DNA of 64,000 nt from the NCBI GenBank assembly GCA_000004985.1, contig GG738923.1; one strand, given 5' to 3'. Below the pieces are notes generated by a model that was not told the DNA's origin, did no database searches, and saw only the letters and a program-made list of their open reading frames with translations. Shown piece after piece: positions 48,001 to 60,322 of this stretch (positions within the stretch are counted from its first letter, which is position 1; each line of letters starts with the position of its first letter). Source of the DNA: Naegleria gruberi (lineage: Eukaryota). The position numbers and the translations under genes are program-made.

Positions 48001-51000
48001 NNNNNNNNNNNNNNNNNNNNNNNNNNNNNNNNNNNNNNNNNNNNNNNNNNNNNNNNNNNNNNNNNNNNNNNNNNNNNNNNNNNNNNNNNNNNNNNNNNNN
48101 NNNNNNNNNNNNNNNNNNNNNNNNNNNNNNNNNNNNNNNNNNNNNNNNNNNNNNNNNNNNNNNNNNNNNNNNNNNNNNNNNNNNNNNNNNNNNNNNNNNN
48201 NNNNNNNNNNNNNNNNNNNNNNNNNNNNNNNNNNNNNNNNNNNNNNNNNNNNNNNNNNNNNNNNNNNNNNNNNNNNNNNNNNNNNNNNNNNNNNNNNNNN
48301 NNNNNNNNNNNNNNNNNNNNNNNNNNNNNNNNNNNNNNNNNNNNNNNNNNNNNNNNNNNNNNNNNNNNNNNNNNNNNNNNNNNNNNNNNNNNNNNNNNNN
48401 NNNNNNNNNNNNNNNNNNNNNNNNNNNNNNNNNNNNNNNNNNNNNNNNNNNNNNNNNNNNNNNNNNNNNNNNNNNNNNNNNNNNNNNNNNNNNNNNNNNN
48501 NNNNNNNNNNNNNNNNNNNNNNNNNNNNNNNNNNNNNNNNNNNNNNNNNNNNNNNNNNNNNNNNNNNNNNNNNNNNNNNNNNNNNNNNNNNNNNNNNNNN
48601 NNNNNNNNNNNNNNNNNNNNNNNNNNNNNNNNNNNNNNNNNNNNNNNNNNNNNNNNNNNNNNNNNNNNNNNNNNNNNNNNNNNNNNNNNNNNNNNNNNNN
48701 NNNNNNNNNNNNNNNNNNNNNNNNNNNNNNNNNNNNNNNNNNNNNNNNNNNNNNNNNNNNNNNNNNNNNNNNNNNNNNNNNNNNNNNNNNNNNNNNNNNN
48801 NNNNNNNNNNNNNNNNNNNNNNNNNNNNNNNNNNNNNNNNNNNNNNNNNNNNNNNNNNNNNNNNNNNNNNNNNNNNNNNNNNNNNNNNNNNNNNNNNNNN
48901 NNNNNNNNNNNNNNNNNNNNNNNNNNNNNNNNNNNNNNNNNNNNNNNNNNNNNNNNNNNNNNNNNNNNNNNNNNNNNNNNNNNNNNNNNNNNNNNNNNNN
49001 NNNNNNNNNNNNNNNNNNNNNNNNNNNNNNNNNNNNNNNNNNNNNNNNNNNNNNNNNNNNNNNNNNNNNNNNNNNNNNNNNNNNNNNNNNNNNNNNNNNN
49101 NNNNNNNNNNNNNNNNNNNNNNNNNNNNNNNNNNNNNNNNNNNNNNNNNNNNNNNNNNNNNNNNNNNNNNNNNNNNNNNNNNNNNNNNNNNNNNNNNNNN
49201 NNNNNNNNNNNNNNNNNNNNNNNNNNNNNNNNNNNNNNNNNNNNNNNNNNNNNNNNNNNNNNNNNNNNNNNNNNNNNNNNNNNNNNNNNNNNNNNNNNNN
49301 NNNNNNNNNNNNNNNNNNNNNNNNNNNNNNNNNNNNNNNNNNNNNNNNNNNNNNNNNNNNNNNNNNNNNNNNNNNNNNNNNNNNNNNNNNNNNNNNNNNN
49401 NNNNNNNNNNNNNNNNNNNNNNNNNNNNNNNNNNNNNNNNNNNNNNNNNNNNNNNNNNNNNNNNNNNNNNNNNNNNNNNNNNNNNNNNNNNNNNNNNNNN
49501 NNNNNNNNNNNNNNNNNNNNNNNNNNNNNNNNNNNNNNNNNNNNNNNNNNNNNNNNNNNNNNNNNNNNNNNNNNNNNNNNNNNNNNNNNNNNNNNNNNNN
49601 NNNNNNNNNNNNNNNNNNNNNNNNNNNNNNNNNNNNNNNNNNNNNNNNNNNNNNNNNNNNNNNNNNNNNNNNNNNNNNNNNNNNNNNNNNNNNNNNNNNN
49701 NNNNNNNNNNNNNNNNNNNNNNNNNNNNNNNNNNNNNNNNNNNNNNNNNNNNNNNNNNNNNNNNNNNNNNNNNNNNNNNNNNNNNNNNNNNNNNNNNNNN
49801 NNNNNNNNNNNNNNNNNNNNNNNNNNNNNNNNNNNNNNNNNNNNNNNNNNNNNNNNNNNNNNNNNNNNNNNNNNNNNNNNNNNNNNNNNNNNNNNNNNNN
49901 NNNNNNNNNNNNNNNNNNNNNNNNNNNNNNNNNNNNNNNNNNNNNNNNNNNNNNNNNNNNNNNNNNNNNNNNNNNNNNNNNNNNNNNNNNNNNNNNNNNN
50001 NNNNNNNNNNNNNNNNNNNNNNNNNNNNNNNNNNNNNNNNNNNNNNNNNNNNNNNNNNNNNNNNNNNNNNNNNNNNNNNNNNNNNNNNNNNNNNNNNNNN
50101 NNNNNNNNNNNNNNNNNNNNNNNNNNNNNNNNNNNNNNNNNNNNNNNNNNNNNNNNNNNNNNNNNNNNNNNNNNNNNNNNNNNNNNNNNNNNNNNNNNNN
50201 NNNNNNNNNNNNNNNNNNNNNNNNNNNNNNNNNNNNNNNNNNNNNNNNNNNNNNNNNNNNNNNNNNNNNNNNNNNNNNNNNNNNNNNNNNNNNNNNNNNN
50301 NNNNNNNNNNNNNNNNNNNNNNNNNNNNNNNNNNNNNNNNNNNNNNNNNNNNNNNNNNNNNNNNNNNNNNNNNNNNNNNNNNNNNNNNNNNNNNNNNNNN
50401 NNNNNNNNNNNNNNNNNNNNNNNNNNNNNNNNNNNNNNNNNNNNNNNNNNNNNNNNNNNNNNNNNNNNNNNNNNNNNNNNNNNNNNNNNNNNNNNNNNNN
50501 NNNNNNNNNNNNNNNNNNNNNNNNNNNNNNNNNNNNNNNNNNNNNNNNNNNNNNNNNNNNNNNNNNNNNNNNNNNNNNNNNNNNNNNNNNNNNNNNNNNN
50601 NNNNNNNNNNNNNNNNNNNNNNNNNNNNNNNNNNNNNNNNNNNNNNNNNNNNNNNNNNNNNNNNNNNNNNNNNNNNNNNNNNNNNNNNNNNNNNNNNNNN
50701 NNNNNNNNNNNNNNNNNNNNNNNNNNNNNNNNNNNNNNNNNNNNNNNNNNNNNNNNNNNNNNNNNNNNNNNNNNNNNNNNNNNNNNNNNNNNNNNNNNNN
50801 NNNNNNNNNNNNNNNNNNNNNNNNNNNNNNNNNNNNNNNNNNNNNNNNNNNNNNNNNNNNNNNNNNNNNNNNNNNNNNNNNNNNNNNNNNNNNNNNNNNN
50901 NNNNNNNNNNNNNNNNNNNNNNNNNNNNNNNNNNNNNNNNNNNNNNNNNNNNNNNNNNNNNNNNNNNNNNNNNNNNNNNNNNNNNNNNNNNNNNNNNNNN

Positions 51001-54000
51001 NNNNNNNNNNNNNNNNNNNNNNNNNNNNNNNNNNNNNNNNNNNNNNNNNNNNNNNNNNNNNNNNNNNNNNNNNNNNNNNNNNNNNNNNNNNNNNNNNNNN
51101 NNNNNNNNNNNNNNNNNNNNNNNNNNNNNNNNNNNNNNNNNNNNNNNNNNNNNNNNNNNNNNNNNNNNNNNNNNNNNNNNNNNNNNNNNNNNNNNNNNNN
51201 NNNNNNNNNNNNNNNNNNNNNNNNNNNNNNNNNNNNNNNNNNNNNNNNNNNNNNNNNNNNNNNNNNNNNNNNNNNNNNNNNNNNNNNNNNNNNNNNNNNN
51301 NNNNNNNNNNNNNNNNNNNNNNNNNNNNNNNNNNNNNNNNNNNNNNNNNNNNNNNNNNNNNNNNNNNNNNNNNNNNNNNNNNNNNNNNNNNNNNNNNNNN
51401 NNNNNNNNNNNNNNNNNNNNNNNNNNNNNNNNNNNNNNNNNNNNNNNNNNNNNNNNNNNNNNNNNNNNNNNNNNNNNNNNNNNNNNNNNNNNNNNNNNNN
51501 NNNNNNNNNNNNNNNNNNNNNNNNNNNNNNNNNNNNNNNNNNNNNNNNNNNNNNNNNNNNNNNNNNNNNNNNNNNNNNNNNNNNNNNNNNNNNNNNNNNN
51601 NNNNNNNNNNNNNNNNNNNNNNNNNNNNNNNNNNNNNNNNNNNNNNNNNNNNNNNNNNNNNNNNNNNNNNNNNNNNNNNNNNNNNNNNNNNNNNNNNNNN
51701 NNNNNNNNNNNNNNNNNNNNNNNNNNNNNNNNNNNNNNNNNNNNNNNNNNNNNNNNNNNNNNNNNNNNNNNNNNNNNNNNNNNNNNNNNNNNNNNNNNNN
51801 NNNNNNNNNNNNNNNNNNNNNNNNNNNNNNNNNNNNNNNNNNNNNNNNNNNNNNNNNNNNNNNNNNNNNNNNNNNNNNNNNNNNNNNNNNNNNNNNNNNN
51901 NNNNNNNNNNNNNNNNNNNNNNNNNNNNNNNNNNNNNNNNNNNNNNNNNNNNNNNNNNNNNNNNNNNNNNNNNNNNNNNNNNNNNNNNNNNNNNNNNNNN
52001 NNNNNNNNNNNNNNNNNNNNNNNNNNNNNNNNNNNNNNNNNNNNNNNNNNNNNNNNNNNNNNNNNNNNNNNNNNNNNNNNNNNNNNNNNNNNNNNNNNNN
52101 NNNNNNNNNNNNNNNNNNNNNNNNNNNNNNNNNNNNNNNNNNNNNNNNNNNNNNNNNNNNNNNNNNNNNNNNNNNNNNNNNNNNNNNNNNNNNNNNNNNN
52201 NNNNNNNNNNNNNNNNNNNNNNNNNNNNNNNNNNNNNNNNNNNNNNNNNNNNNNNNNNNNNNNNNNNNNNNNNNNNNNNNNNNNNNNNNNNNNNNNNNNN
52301 NNNNNNNNNNNNNNNNNNNNNNNNNNNNNNNNNNNNNNNNNNNNNNNNNNNNNNNNNNNNNNNNNNNNNNNNNNNNNNNNNNNNNNNNNNNNNNNNNNNN
52401 NNNNNNNNNNNNNNNNNNNNNNNNNNNNNNNNNNNNNNNNNNNNNNNNNNNNNNNNNNNNNNNNNNNNNNNNNNNNNNNNNNNNNNNNNNNNNNNNNNNN
52501 NNNNNNNNNNNNNNNNNNNNNNNNNNNNNNNNNNNNNNNNNNNNNNNNNNNNNNNNNNNNNNNNNNNNNNNNNNNNNNNNNNNNNNNNNNNNNNNNNNNN
52601 NNNNNNNNNNNNNNNNNNNNNNNNNNNNNNNNNNNNNNNNNNNNNNNNNNNNNNNNNNNNNNNNNNNNNNNNNNNNNNNNNNNNNNNNNNNNNNNNNNNN
52701 NNNNNNNNNNNNNNNNNNNNNNNNNNNNNNNNNNNNNNNNNNNNNNNNNNNNNNNNNNNNNNNNNNNNNNNNNNNNNNNNNNNNNNNNNNNNNNNNNNNN
52801 NNNNNNNNNNNNNNNNNNNNNNNNNNNNNNNNNNNNNNNNNNNNNNNNNNNNNNNNNNNNNNNNNNNNNNNNNNNNNNNNNNNNNNNNNNNNNNNNNNNN
52901 NNNNNNNNNNNNNNNNNNNNNNNNNNNNNNNNNNNNNNNNNNNNNNNNNNNNNNNNNNNNNNNNNNNNNNNNNNNNNNNNNNNNNNNNNNNNNNNNNNNN
53001 NNNNNNNNNNNNNNNNNNNNNNNNNNNNNNNNNNNNNNNNNNNNNNNNNNNNNNNNNNNNNNNNNNNNNNNNNNNNNNNNNNNNNNNNNNNNNNNNNNNN
53101 NNNNNNNNNNNNNNNNNNNNNNNNNNNNNNNNNNNNNNNNNNNNNNNNNNNNNNNNNNNNNNNNNNNNNNNNNNNNNNNNNNNNNNNNNNNNNNNNNNNN
53201 NNNNNNNNNNNNNNNNNNNNNNNNNNNNNNNNNNNNNNNNNNNNNNNNNNNNNNNNNNNNNNNNNNNNNNNNNNNNNNNNNNNNNNNNNNNNNNNNNNNN
53301 NNNNNNNNNNNNNNNNNNNNNNNNNNNNNNNNNNNNNNNNNNNNNNNNNNNNNNNNNNNNNNNNNNNNNNNNNNNNNNNNNNNNNNNNNNNNNNNNNNNN
53401 NNNNNNNNNNNNNNNNNNNNNNNNNNNNNNNNNNNNNNNNNNNNNNNNNNNNNNNNNNNNNNNNNNNNNNNNNNNNNNNNNNNNNNNNNNNNNNNNNNNN
53501 NNNNNNNNNNNNNNNNNNNNNNNNNNNNNNNNNNNNNNNNNNNNNNNNNNNNNNNNNNNNNNNNNNNNNNNNNNNNNNNNNNNNNNNNNNNNNNNNNNNN
53601 NNNNNNNNNNNNNNNNNNNNNNNNNNNNNNNNNNNNNNNNNNNNNNNNNNNNNNNNNNNNNNNNNNNNNNNNNNNNNNNNNNNNNNNNNNNNNNNNNNNN
53701 NNNNNNNNNNNNNNNNNNNNNNNNNNNNNNNNNNNNNNNNNNNNNNNNNNNNNNNNNNNNNNNNNNNNNNNNNNNNNNNNNNNNNNNNNNNNNNNNNNNN
53801 NNNNNNNNNNNNNNNNNNNNNNNNNNNNNNNNNNNNNNNNNNNNNNNNNNNNNNNNNNNNNNNNNNNNNNNNNNNNNNNNNNNNNNNNNNNNNNNNNNNN
53901 NNNNNNNNNNNNNNNNNNNNNNNNNNNNNNNNNNNNNNNNNNNNNNNNNNNNNNNNNNNNNNNNNNNNNNNNNNNNNNNNNNNNNNNNNNNNNNNNNNNN

Positions 54001-57000
54001 NNNNNNNNNNNNNNNNNNNNNNNNNNNNNNNNNNNNNNNNNNNNNNNNNNNNNNNNNNNNNNNNNNNNNNNNNNNNNNNNNNNNNNNNNNNNNNNNNNNN
54101 NNNNNNNNNNNNNNNNNNNNNNNNNNNNNNNNNNNNNNNNNNNNNNNNNNNNNNNNNNNNNNNNNNNNNNNNNNNNNNNNNNNNNNNNNNNNNNNNNNNN
54201 NNNNNNNNNNNNNNNNNNNNNNNNNNNNNNNNNNNNNNNNNNNNNNNNNNNNNNNNNNNNNNNNNNNNNNNNNNNNNNNNNNNNNNNNNNNNNNNNNNNN
54301 NNNNNNNNNNNNNNNNNNNNNNNNNNNNNNNNNNNNNNNNNNNNNNNNNNNNNNNNNNNNNNNNNNNNNNNNNNNNNNNNNNNNNNNNNNNNNNNNNNNN
54401 NNNNNNNNNNNNNNNNNNNNNNNNNNNNNNNNNNNNNNNNNNNNNNNNNNNNNNNNNNNNNNNNNNNNNNNNNNNNNNNNNNNNNNNNNNNNNNNNNNNN
54501 NNNNNNNNNNNNNNNNNNNNNNNNNNNNNNNNNNNNNNNNNNNNNNNNNNNNNNNNNNNNNNNNNNNNNNNNNNNNNNNNNNNNNNNNNNNNNNNNNNNN
54601 NNNNNNNNNNNNNNNNNNNNNNNNNNNNNNNNNNNNNNNNNNNNNNNNNNNNNNNNNNNNNNNNNNNNNNNNNNNNNNNNNNNNNNNNNNNNNNNNNNNN
54701 NNNNNNNNNNNNNNNNNNNNNNNNNNNNNNNNNNNNNNNNNNNNNNNNNNNNNNNNNNNNNNNNNNNNNNNNNNNNNNNNNNNNNNNNNNNNNNNNNNNN
54801 NNNNNNNNNNNNNNNNNNNNNNNNNNNNNNNNNNNNNNNNNNNNNNNNNNNNNNNNNNNNNNNNNNNNNNNNNNNNNNNNNNNNNNNNNNNNNNNNNNNN
54901 NNNNNNNNNNNNNNNNNNNNNNNNNNNNNNNNNNNNNNNNNNNNNNNNNNNNNNNNNNNNNNNNNNNNNNNNNNNNNNNNNNNNNNNNNNNNNNNNNNNN
55001 NNNNNNNNNNNNNNNNNNNNNNNNNNNNNNNNNNNNNNNNNNNNNNNNNNNNNNNNNNNNNNNNNNNNNNNNNNNNNNNNNNNNNNNNNNNNNNNNNNNN
55101 NNNNNNNNNNNNNNNNNNNNNNNNNNNNNNNNNNNNNNNNNNNNNNNNNNNNNNNNNNNNNNNNNNNNNNNNNNNNNNNNNNNNNNNNNNNNNNNNNNNN
55201 NNNNNNNNNNNNNNNNNNNNNNNNNNNNNNNNNNNNNNNNNNNNNNNNNNNNNNNNNNNNNNNNNNNNNNNNNNNNNNNNNNNNNNNNNNNNNNNNNNNN
55301 NNNNNNNNNNNNNNNNNNNNNNNNNNNNNNNNNNNNNNNNNNNNNNNNNNNNNNNNNNNNNNNNNNNNNNNNNNNNNNNNNNNNNNNNNNNNNNNNNNNN
55401 NNNNNNNNNNNNNNNNNNNNNNNNNNNNNNNNNNNNNNNNNNNNNNNNNNNNNNNNNNNNNNNNNNNNNNNNNNNNNNNNNNNNNNNNNNNNNNNNNNNN
55501 NNNNNNNNNNNNNNNNNNNNNNNNNNNNNNNNNNNNNNNNNNNNNNNNNNNNNNNNNNNNNNNNNNNNNNNNNNNNNNNNNNNNNNNNNNNNNNNNNNNN
55601 NNNNNNNNNNNNNNNNNNNNNNNNNNNNNNNNNNNNNNNNNNNNNNNNNNNNNNNNNNNNNNNNNNNNNNNNNNNNNNNNNNNNNNNNNNNNNNNNNNNN
55701 NNNNNNNNNNNNNNNNNNNNNNNNNNNNNNNNNNNNNNNNNNNNNNNNNNNNNNNNNNNNNNNNNNNNNNNNNNNNNNNNNNNNNNNNNNNNNNNNNNNN
55801 NNNNNNNNNNNNNNNNNNNNNNNNNNNNNNNNNNNNNNNNNNNNNNNNNNNNNNNNNNNNNNNNNNNNNNNNNNNNNNNNNNNNNNNNNNNNNNNNNNNN
55901 NNNNNNNNNNNNNNNNNNNNNNNNNNNNNNNNNNNNNNNNNNNNNNNNNNNNNNNNNNNNNNNNNNNNNNNNNNNNNNNNNNNNNNNNNNNNNNNNNNNN
56001 NNNNNNNNNNNNNNNNNNNNNNNNNNNNNNNNNNNNNNNNNNNNNNNNNNNNNNNNNNNNNNNNNNNNNNNNNNNNNNNNNNNNNNNNNNNNNNNNNNNN
56101 NNNNNNNNNNNNNNNNNNNNNNNNNNNNNNNNNNNNNNNNNNNNNNNNNNNNNNNNNNNNNNNNNNNNNNNNNNNNNNNNNNNNNNNNNNNNNNNNNNNN
56201 NNNNNNNNNNNNNNNNNNNNNNNNNNNNNNNNNNNNNNNNNNNNNNNNNNNNNNNNNNNNNNNNNNNNNNNNNNNNNNNNNNNNNNNNNNNNNNNNNNNN
56301 NNNNNNNNNNNNNNNNNNNNNNNNNNNNNNNNNNNNNNNNNNNNNNNNNNNNNNNNNNNNNNNNNNNNNNNNNNNNNNNNNNNNNNNNNNNNNNNNNNNN
56401 NNNNNNNNNNNNNNNNNNNNNNNNNNNNNNNNNNNNNNNNNNNNNNNNNNNNNNNNNNNNNNNNNNNNNNNNNNNNNNNNNNNNNNNNNNNNNNNNNNNN
56501 NNNNNNNNNNNNNNNNNNNNNNNNNNNNNNNNNNNNNNNNNNNNNNNNNNNNNNNNNNNNNNNNNNNNNNNNNNNNNNNNNNNNNNNNNNNNNNNNNNNN
56601 NNNNNNNNNNNNNNNNNNNNNNNNNNNNNNNNNNNNNNNNNNNNNNNNNNNNNNNNNNNNNNNNNNNNNNNNNNNNNNNNNNNNNNNNNNNNNNNNNNNN
56701 NNNNNNNNNNNNNNNNNNNNNNNNNNNNNNNNNNNNNNNNNNNNNNNNNNNNNNNNNNNNNNNNNNNNNNNNNNNNNNNNNNNNNNNNNNNNNNNNNNNN
56801 NNNNNNNNNNNNNNNNNNNNNNNNNNNNNNNNNNNNNNNNNNNNNNNNNNNNNNNNNNNNNNNNNNNNNNNNNNNNNNNNNNNNNNNNNNNNNNNNNNNN
56901 NNNNNNNNNNNNNNNNNNNNNNNNNNNNNNNNNNNNNNNNNNNNNNNNNNNNNNNNNNNNNNNNNNNNNNNNNNNNNNNNNNNNNNNNNNNNNNNNNNNN

Positions 57001-59619
57001 NNNNNNNNNNNNNNNNNNNNNNNNNNNNNNNNNNNNNNNNNNNNNNNNNNNNNNNNNNNNNNNNNNNNNNNNNNNNNNNNNNNNNNNNNNNNNNNNNNNN
57101 NNNNNNNNNNNNNNNNNNNNNNNNNNNNNNNNNNNNNNNNNNNNNNNNNNNNNNNNNNNNNNNNNNNNNNNNNNNNNNNNNNNNNNNNNNNNNNNNNNNN
57201 NNNNNNNNNNNNNNNNNNNNNNNNNNNNNNNNNNNNNNNNNNNNNNNNNNNNNNNNNNNNNNNNNNNNNNNNNNNNNNNNNNNNNNNNNNNNNNNNNNNN
57301 NNNNNNNNNNNNNNNNNNNNNNNNNNNNNNNNNNNNNNNNNNNNNNNNNNNNNNNNNNNNNNNNNNNNNNNNNNNNNNNNNNNNNNNNNNNNNNNNNNNN
57401 NNNNNNNNNNNNNNNNNNNNNNNNNNNNNNNNNNNNNNNNNNNNNNNNNNNNNNNNNNNNNNNNNNNNNNNNNNNNNNNNNNNNNNNNNNNNNNNNNNNN
57501 NNNNNNNNNNNNNNNNNNNNNNNNNNNNNNNNNNNNNNNNNNNNNNNNNNNNNNNNNNNNNNNNNNNNNNNNNNNNNNNNNNNNNNNNNNNNNNNNNNNN
57601 NNNNNNNNNNNNNNNNNNNNNNNNNNNNNNNNNNNNNNNNNNNNNNNNNNNNNNNNNNNNNNNNNNNNNNNNNNNNNNNNNNNNNNNNNNNNNNNNNNNN
57701 NNNNNNNNNNNNNNNNNNNNNNNNNNNNNNNNNNNNNNNNNNNNNNNNNNNNNNNNNNNNNNNNNNNNNNNNNNNNNNNNNNNNNNNNNNNNNNNNNNNN
57801 NNNNNNNNNNNNNNNNNNNNNNNNNNNNNNNNNNNNNNNNNNNNNNNNNNNNNNNNNNNNNNNNNNNNNNNNNNNNNNNNNNNNNNNNNNNNNNNNNNNN
57901 NNNNNNNNNNNNNNNNNNNNNNNNNNNNNNNNNNNNNNNNNNNNNNNNNNNNNNNNNNNNNNNNNNNNNNNNNNNNNNNNNNNNNNNNNNNNNNNNNNNN
58001 NNNNNNNNNNNNNNNNNNNNNNNNNNNNNNNNNNNNNNNNNNNNNNNNNNNNNNNNNNNNNNNNNNNNNNNNNNNNNNNNNNNNNNNNNNNNNNNNNNNN
58101 NNNNNNNNNNNNNNNNNNNNNNNNNNNNNNNNNNNNNNNNNNNNNNNNNNNNNNNNNNNNNNNNNNNNNNNNNNNNNNNNNNNNNNNNNNNNNNNNNNNN
58201 NNNNNNNNNNNNNNNNNNNNNNNNNNNNNNNNNNNNNNNNNNNNNNNNNNNNNNNNNNNNNNNNNNNNNNNNNNNNNNNNNNNNNNNNNNNNNNNNNNNN
58301 NNNNNNNNNNNNNNNNNNNNNNNNNNNNNNNNNNNNNNNNNNNNNNNNNNNNNNNNNNNNNNNNNNNNNNNNNNNNNNNNNNNNNNNNNNNNNNNNNNNN
58401 NNNNNNNNNNNNNNNNNNNNNNNNNNNNNNNNNNNNNNNNNNNNNNNNNNNNNNNNNNNNNNNNNNNNNNNNNNNNNNNNNNNNNNNNNNNNNNNNNNNN
58501 NNNNNNNNNNNNNNNNNNNNNNNNNNNNNNNNNNNNNNNNNNNNNNNNNNNNNNNNNNNNNNNNNNNNNNNNNNNNNNNNNNNNNNNNNNNNNNNNNNNN
58601 NNNNNNNNNNNNNNNNNNNNNNNNNNNNNNNNNNNNNNNNNNNNNNNNNNNNNNNNNNNNNNNNNNNNNNNNNNNNNNNNNNNNNNNNNNNNNNNNNNNN
58701 NNNNNNNNNNNNNNNNNNNNNNNNNNNNNNNNNNNNNNNNNNNNNNNNNNNNNNNNNNNNNNNNNNNNNNNNNNNNNNNNNNNNNNNNNNNNNNNNNNNN
58801 NNNNNNNNNNNNNNNNNNNNNNNNNNNNNNNNNNNNNNNNNNNNNNNNNNNNNNNNNNNNNNNNNNNNNNNNNNNNNNNNNNNNNNNNNNNNNNNNNNNN
58901 NNNNNNNNNNNNNNNNNNNNNNNNNNNNNNNNNNNNNNNNNNNNNNNNNNNNNNNNNNNNNNNNNNNNNNNNNNNNNNNNNNNNNNNNNNNNNNNNNNNN
59001 NNNNNNNNNNNNNNNNNNNNNNNNNNNNNNNNNNNNNNNNNNNNNNNNNNNNNNNNNNNNNNNNNNNNNNNNNNNNNNNNNNNNNNNNNNNNNNNNNNNN
59101 NNNNNNNNNNNNNNNNNNNNNNNNNNNNNNNNNNNNNNNNNNNNNNNNNNNNNNNNNNNNNNNNNNNNNNNNNNNNNNNNNNNNNNNNNNNNNNNNNNNN
59201 NNNNNNNNNNNNNNNNNNNNNNNNNNNNNNNNNNNNNNNNNNNNNNNNNNNNNNNNNNNNNNNNNNNNNNNNNNNNNNNNNNNNNNNNNNNNNNNNNNNN
59301 NNNNNNNNNNNNNNNNNNNNNNNNNNNNNNNNNNNNNNNNNNNNNNNNNNNNNNNNNNNNNNNNNNNNNNNNNNNNNNNNNNNNNNNNNNNNNNNNNNNN
59401 NNNNNNNNNNNNNNNNNNNNNNNNNNNNNNNNNNNNNNNNNNNNNNNNNNNNNNNNNNNNNNNNNNNNNNNNNNNNNNNNNNNNNNNNNNNNNNNNNNNN
59501 NNNNNNNNNNNNNNNNNNNNNNNNNNNNNNNNNNNNNNNNNNNNNNNNNNNNNNNNNNNNNNNNNNNNNNNNNNNNNNNNNNNNNNNNNNNNNNNNNNNN
59601 NNNNNNNNNNNNNNNNNNN
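1..59619. other. Unresolved assembly gap (continuous run of N)
   Basis: Every base from 1 to 59619 is 'n'. The first called base is the 't' at 59620. No biological inference is possible for this span. Confidence 0.99.
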
Positions 59620-59620
59620 T

Positions 59621-59779
59621 GATATCACTCATATTATCACATCATCATCGAGAATTACACCAGAGATTGCCAAACTTGTTTCAGAAAATCCACAAGTCAA
59701 TGTAGTTTCTTCTGAGTGGATCTGGCATTCAATCAACACAAGTACTTTAATCGATTGGAGACTCTACCAAATTAAGTAA
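59621..59779 (+). CDS. 3' terminal fragment of a + strand protein-coding gene that continues into the gap (hypothetical protein, C-terminus ...LIDWRLYQIK*)
   Basis: One frame is open from the gap edge for 52 codons (DITHIITSSSRITPEIAKLVSENPQVNVVSSEWIWHSINTSTLIDWRLYQIK) and ends at TAA 59777-59779. The other two + frames hit stops almost at once. The variant poly(A) signal ATTAAA sits at 59783-59788. An open frame of this length in AT-rich DNA is suggestive but not conclusive. Confidence 0.3.
   Translation, partial: DITHIITSSSRITPEIAKLVSENPQVNVVSSEWIWHSINTSTLIDWRLYQIK
59754..59779. repeat. Copy 1 of a 26-bp dispersed repeat ATTGgAGACTCTACCAAATtAAGTAA (here it is the last codons plus stop of the upstream gene)
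   Basis: It matches 62023-62048 at 24 of 26 positions; the two mismatches are g/t and t/c. Confidence 0.6.
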
Positions 59780-59782
59780 ATT

Positions 59783-59788
59783 ATTAAA
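59783..59788 (+). promoter_or_regulatory. Candidate polyadenylation signal (ATTAAA variant) for the upstream + strand gene
   Basis: ATTAAA hexamer four nt after the TAA stop of the partial ORF. Confidence 0.25.
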
Positions 59789-59841
59789 TATTACATTATA
59801 GAAATTCTATATTTTGGATTTTATATTCTTTTAATTGTTAT

Positions 59842-59847
59842 TTTATT
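59842..59847 (-). promoter_or_regulatory. Candidate polyadenylation signal (AATAAA on - strand) for the 59852..60322 gene
   Basis: Plus-strand TTTATT at 59842-59847 reads AATAAA on the minus strand, immediately 3' of the TAG stop at 59854-59852. Confidence 0.3.
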
Positions 59848-59851
59848 GTTT

Positions 59852-60322
59852 CTAAACTTCATGAGCTGAATATTGATTTCCTTCCATTCTAATCTTTTGG
59901 GAAAACCATGAATTCTCTAATACATAAGTAACATCAGACTCTTGAGATAATCTCTGTAAAACACTTCTCAATTCTTGTTTATATTTAATTGACATTAAAA
60001 TGAGAGCAATAGAGTGAGCAATTAAAAGCAAGGAAATACCTATTGCCAATAGAGAACCGACCAAAATTGGTTGTGAAGTATCATACTTCTTCAAGGTAGA
60101 AAAACCACTAACAGCAGCCATCAAAGCGAGAGAATTAATTGTCACGAGGGTGGAAACCGATATTGTTTGAATTGTAATTGGCCCAACATGTTTTATGGCA
60201 CACTTATTAATTTGTTCCAAGTGTGAGTCGAAGGTCTCTGGAGCGAGAATGCTTGAAAACTGGGAAGGAAATTCGCTGGTAAATTGCTTTGCAGATCTAT
60301 CGAAAGGAATGAGGGCTTGCAT
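59852..60322 (-). CDS. Hypothetical small membrane protein (~156 aa, two predicted C-terminal transmembrane helices)
   Basis: The track ORF 59852..60427 'starts' at a TTG (revcomp of caa at 60425-60427), not an ATG. The first real ATG is revcomp of 'cat' at 60320-60322, giving MQALIPFDRSAKQF...SAHEV. It is preceded by CACCAAAAAAA, the same A-run context seen at the other two gene starts. Two hydrophobic stretches (ITIQTISVSTLVTINSLALMAAVSGF and ILVGSLLAIGISLLLIAHSIALILMSI) look like TM helices. The stop is TAG. I do not recognise the family. Confidence 0.5.
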   Translation of the reverse strand: MQALIPFDRSAKQFTSEFPSQFSSILAPETFDSHLEQINKCAIKHVGPITIQTISVSTLVTINSLALMAAVSGFSTLKKYDTSQPILVGSLLAIGISLLLIAHSIALILMSIKYKQELRSVLQRLSQESDVTYVLENSWFSQKIRMEGNQYSAHEV

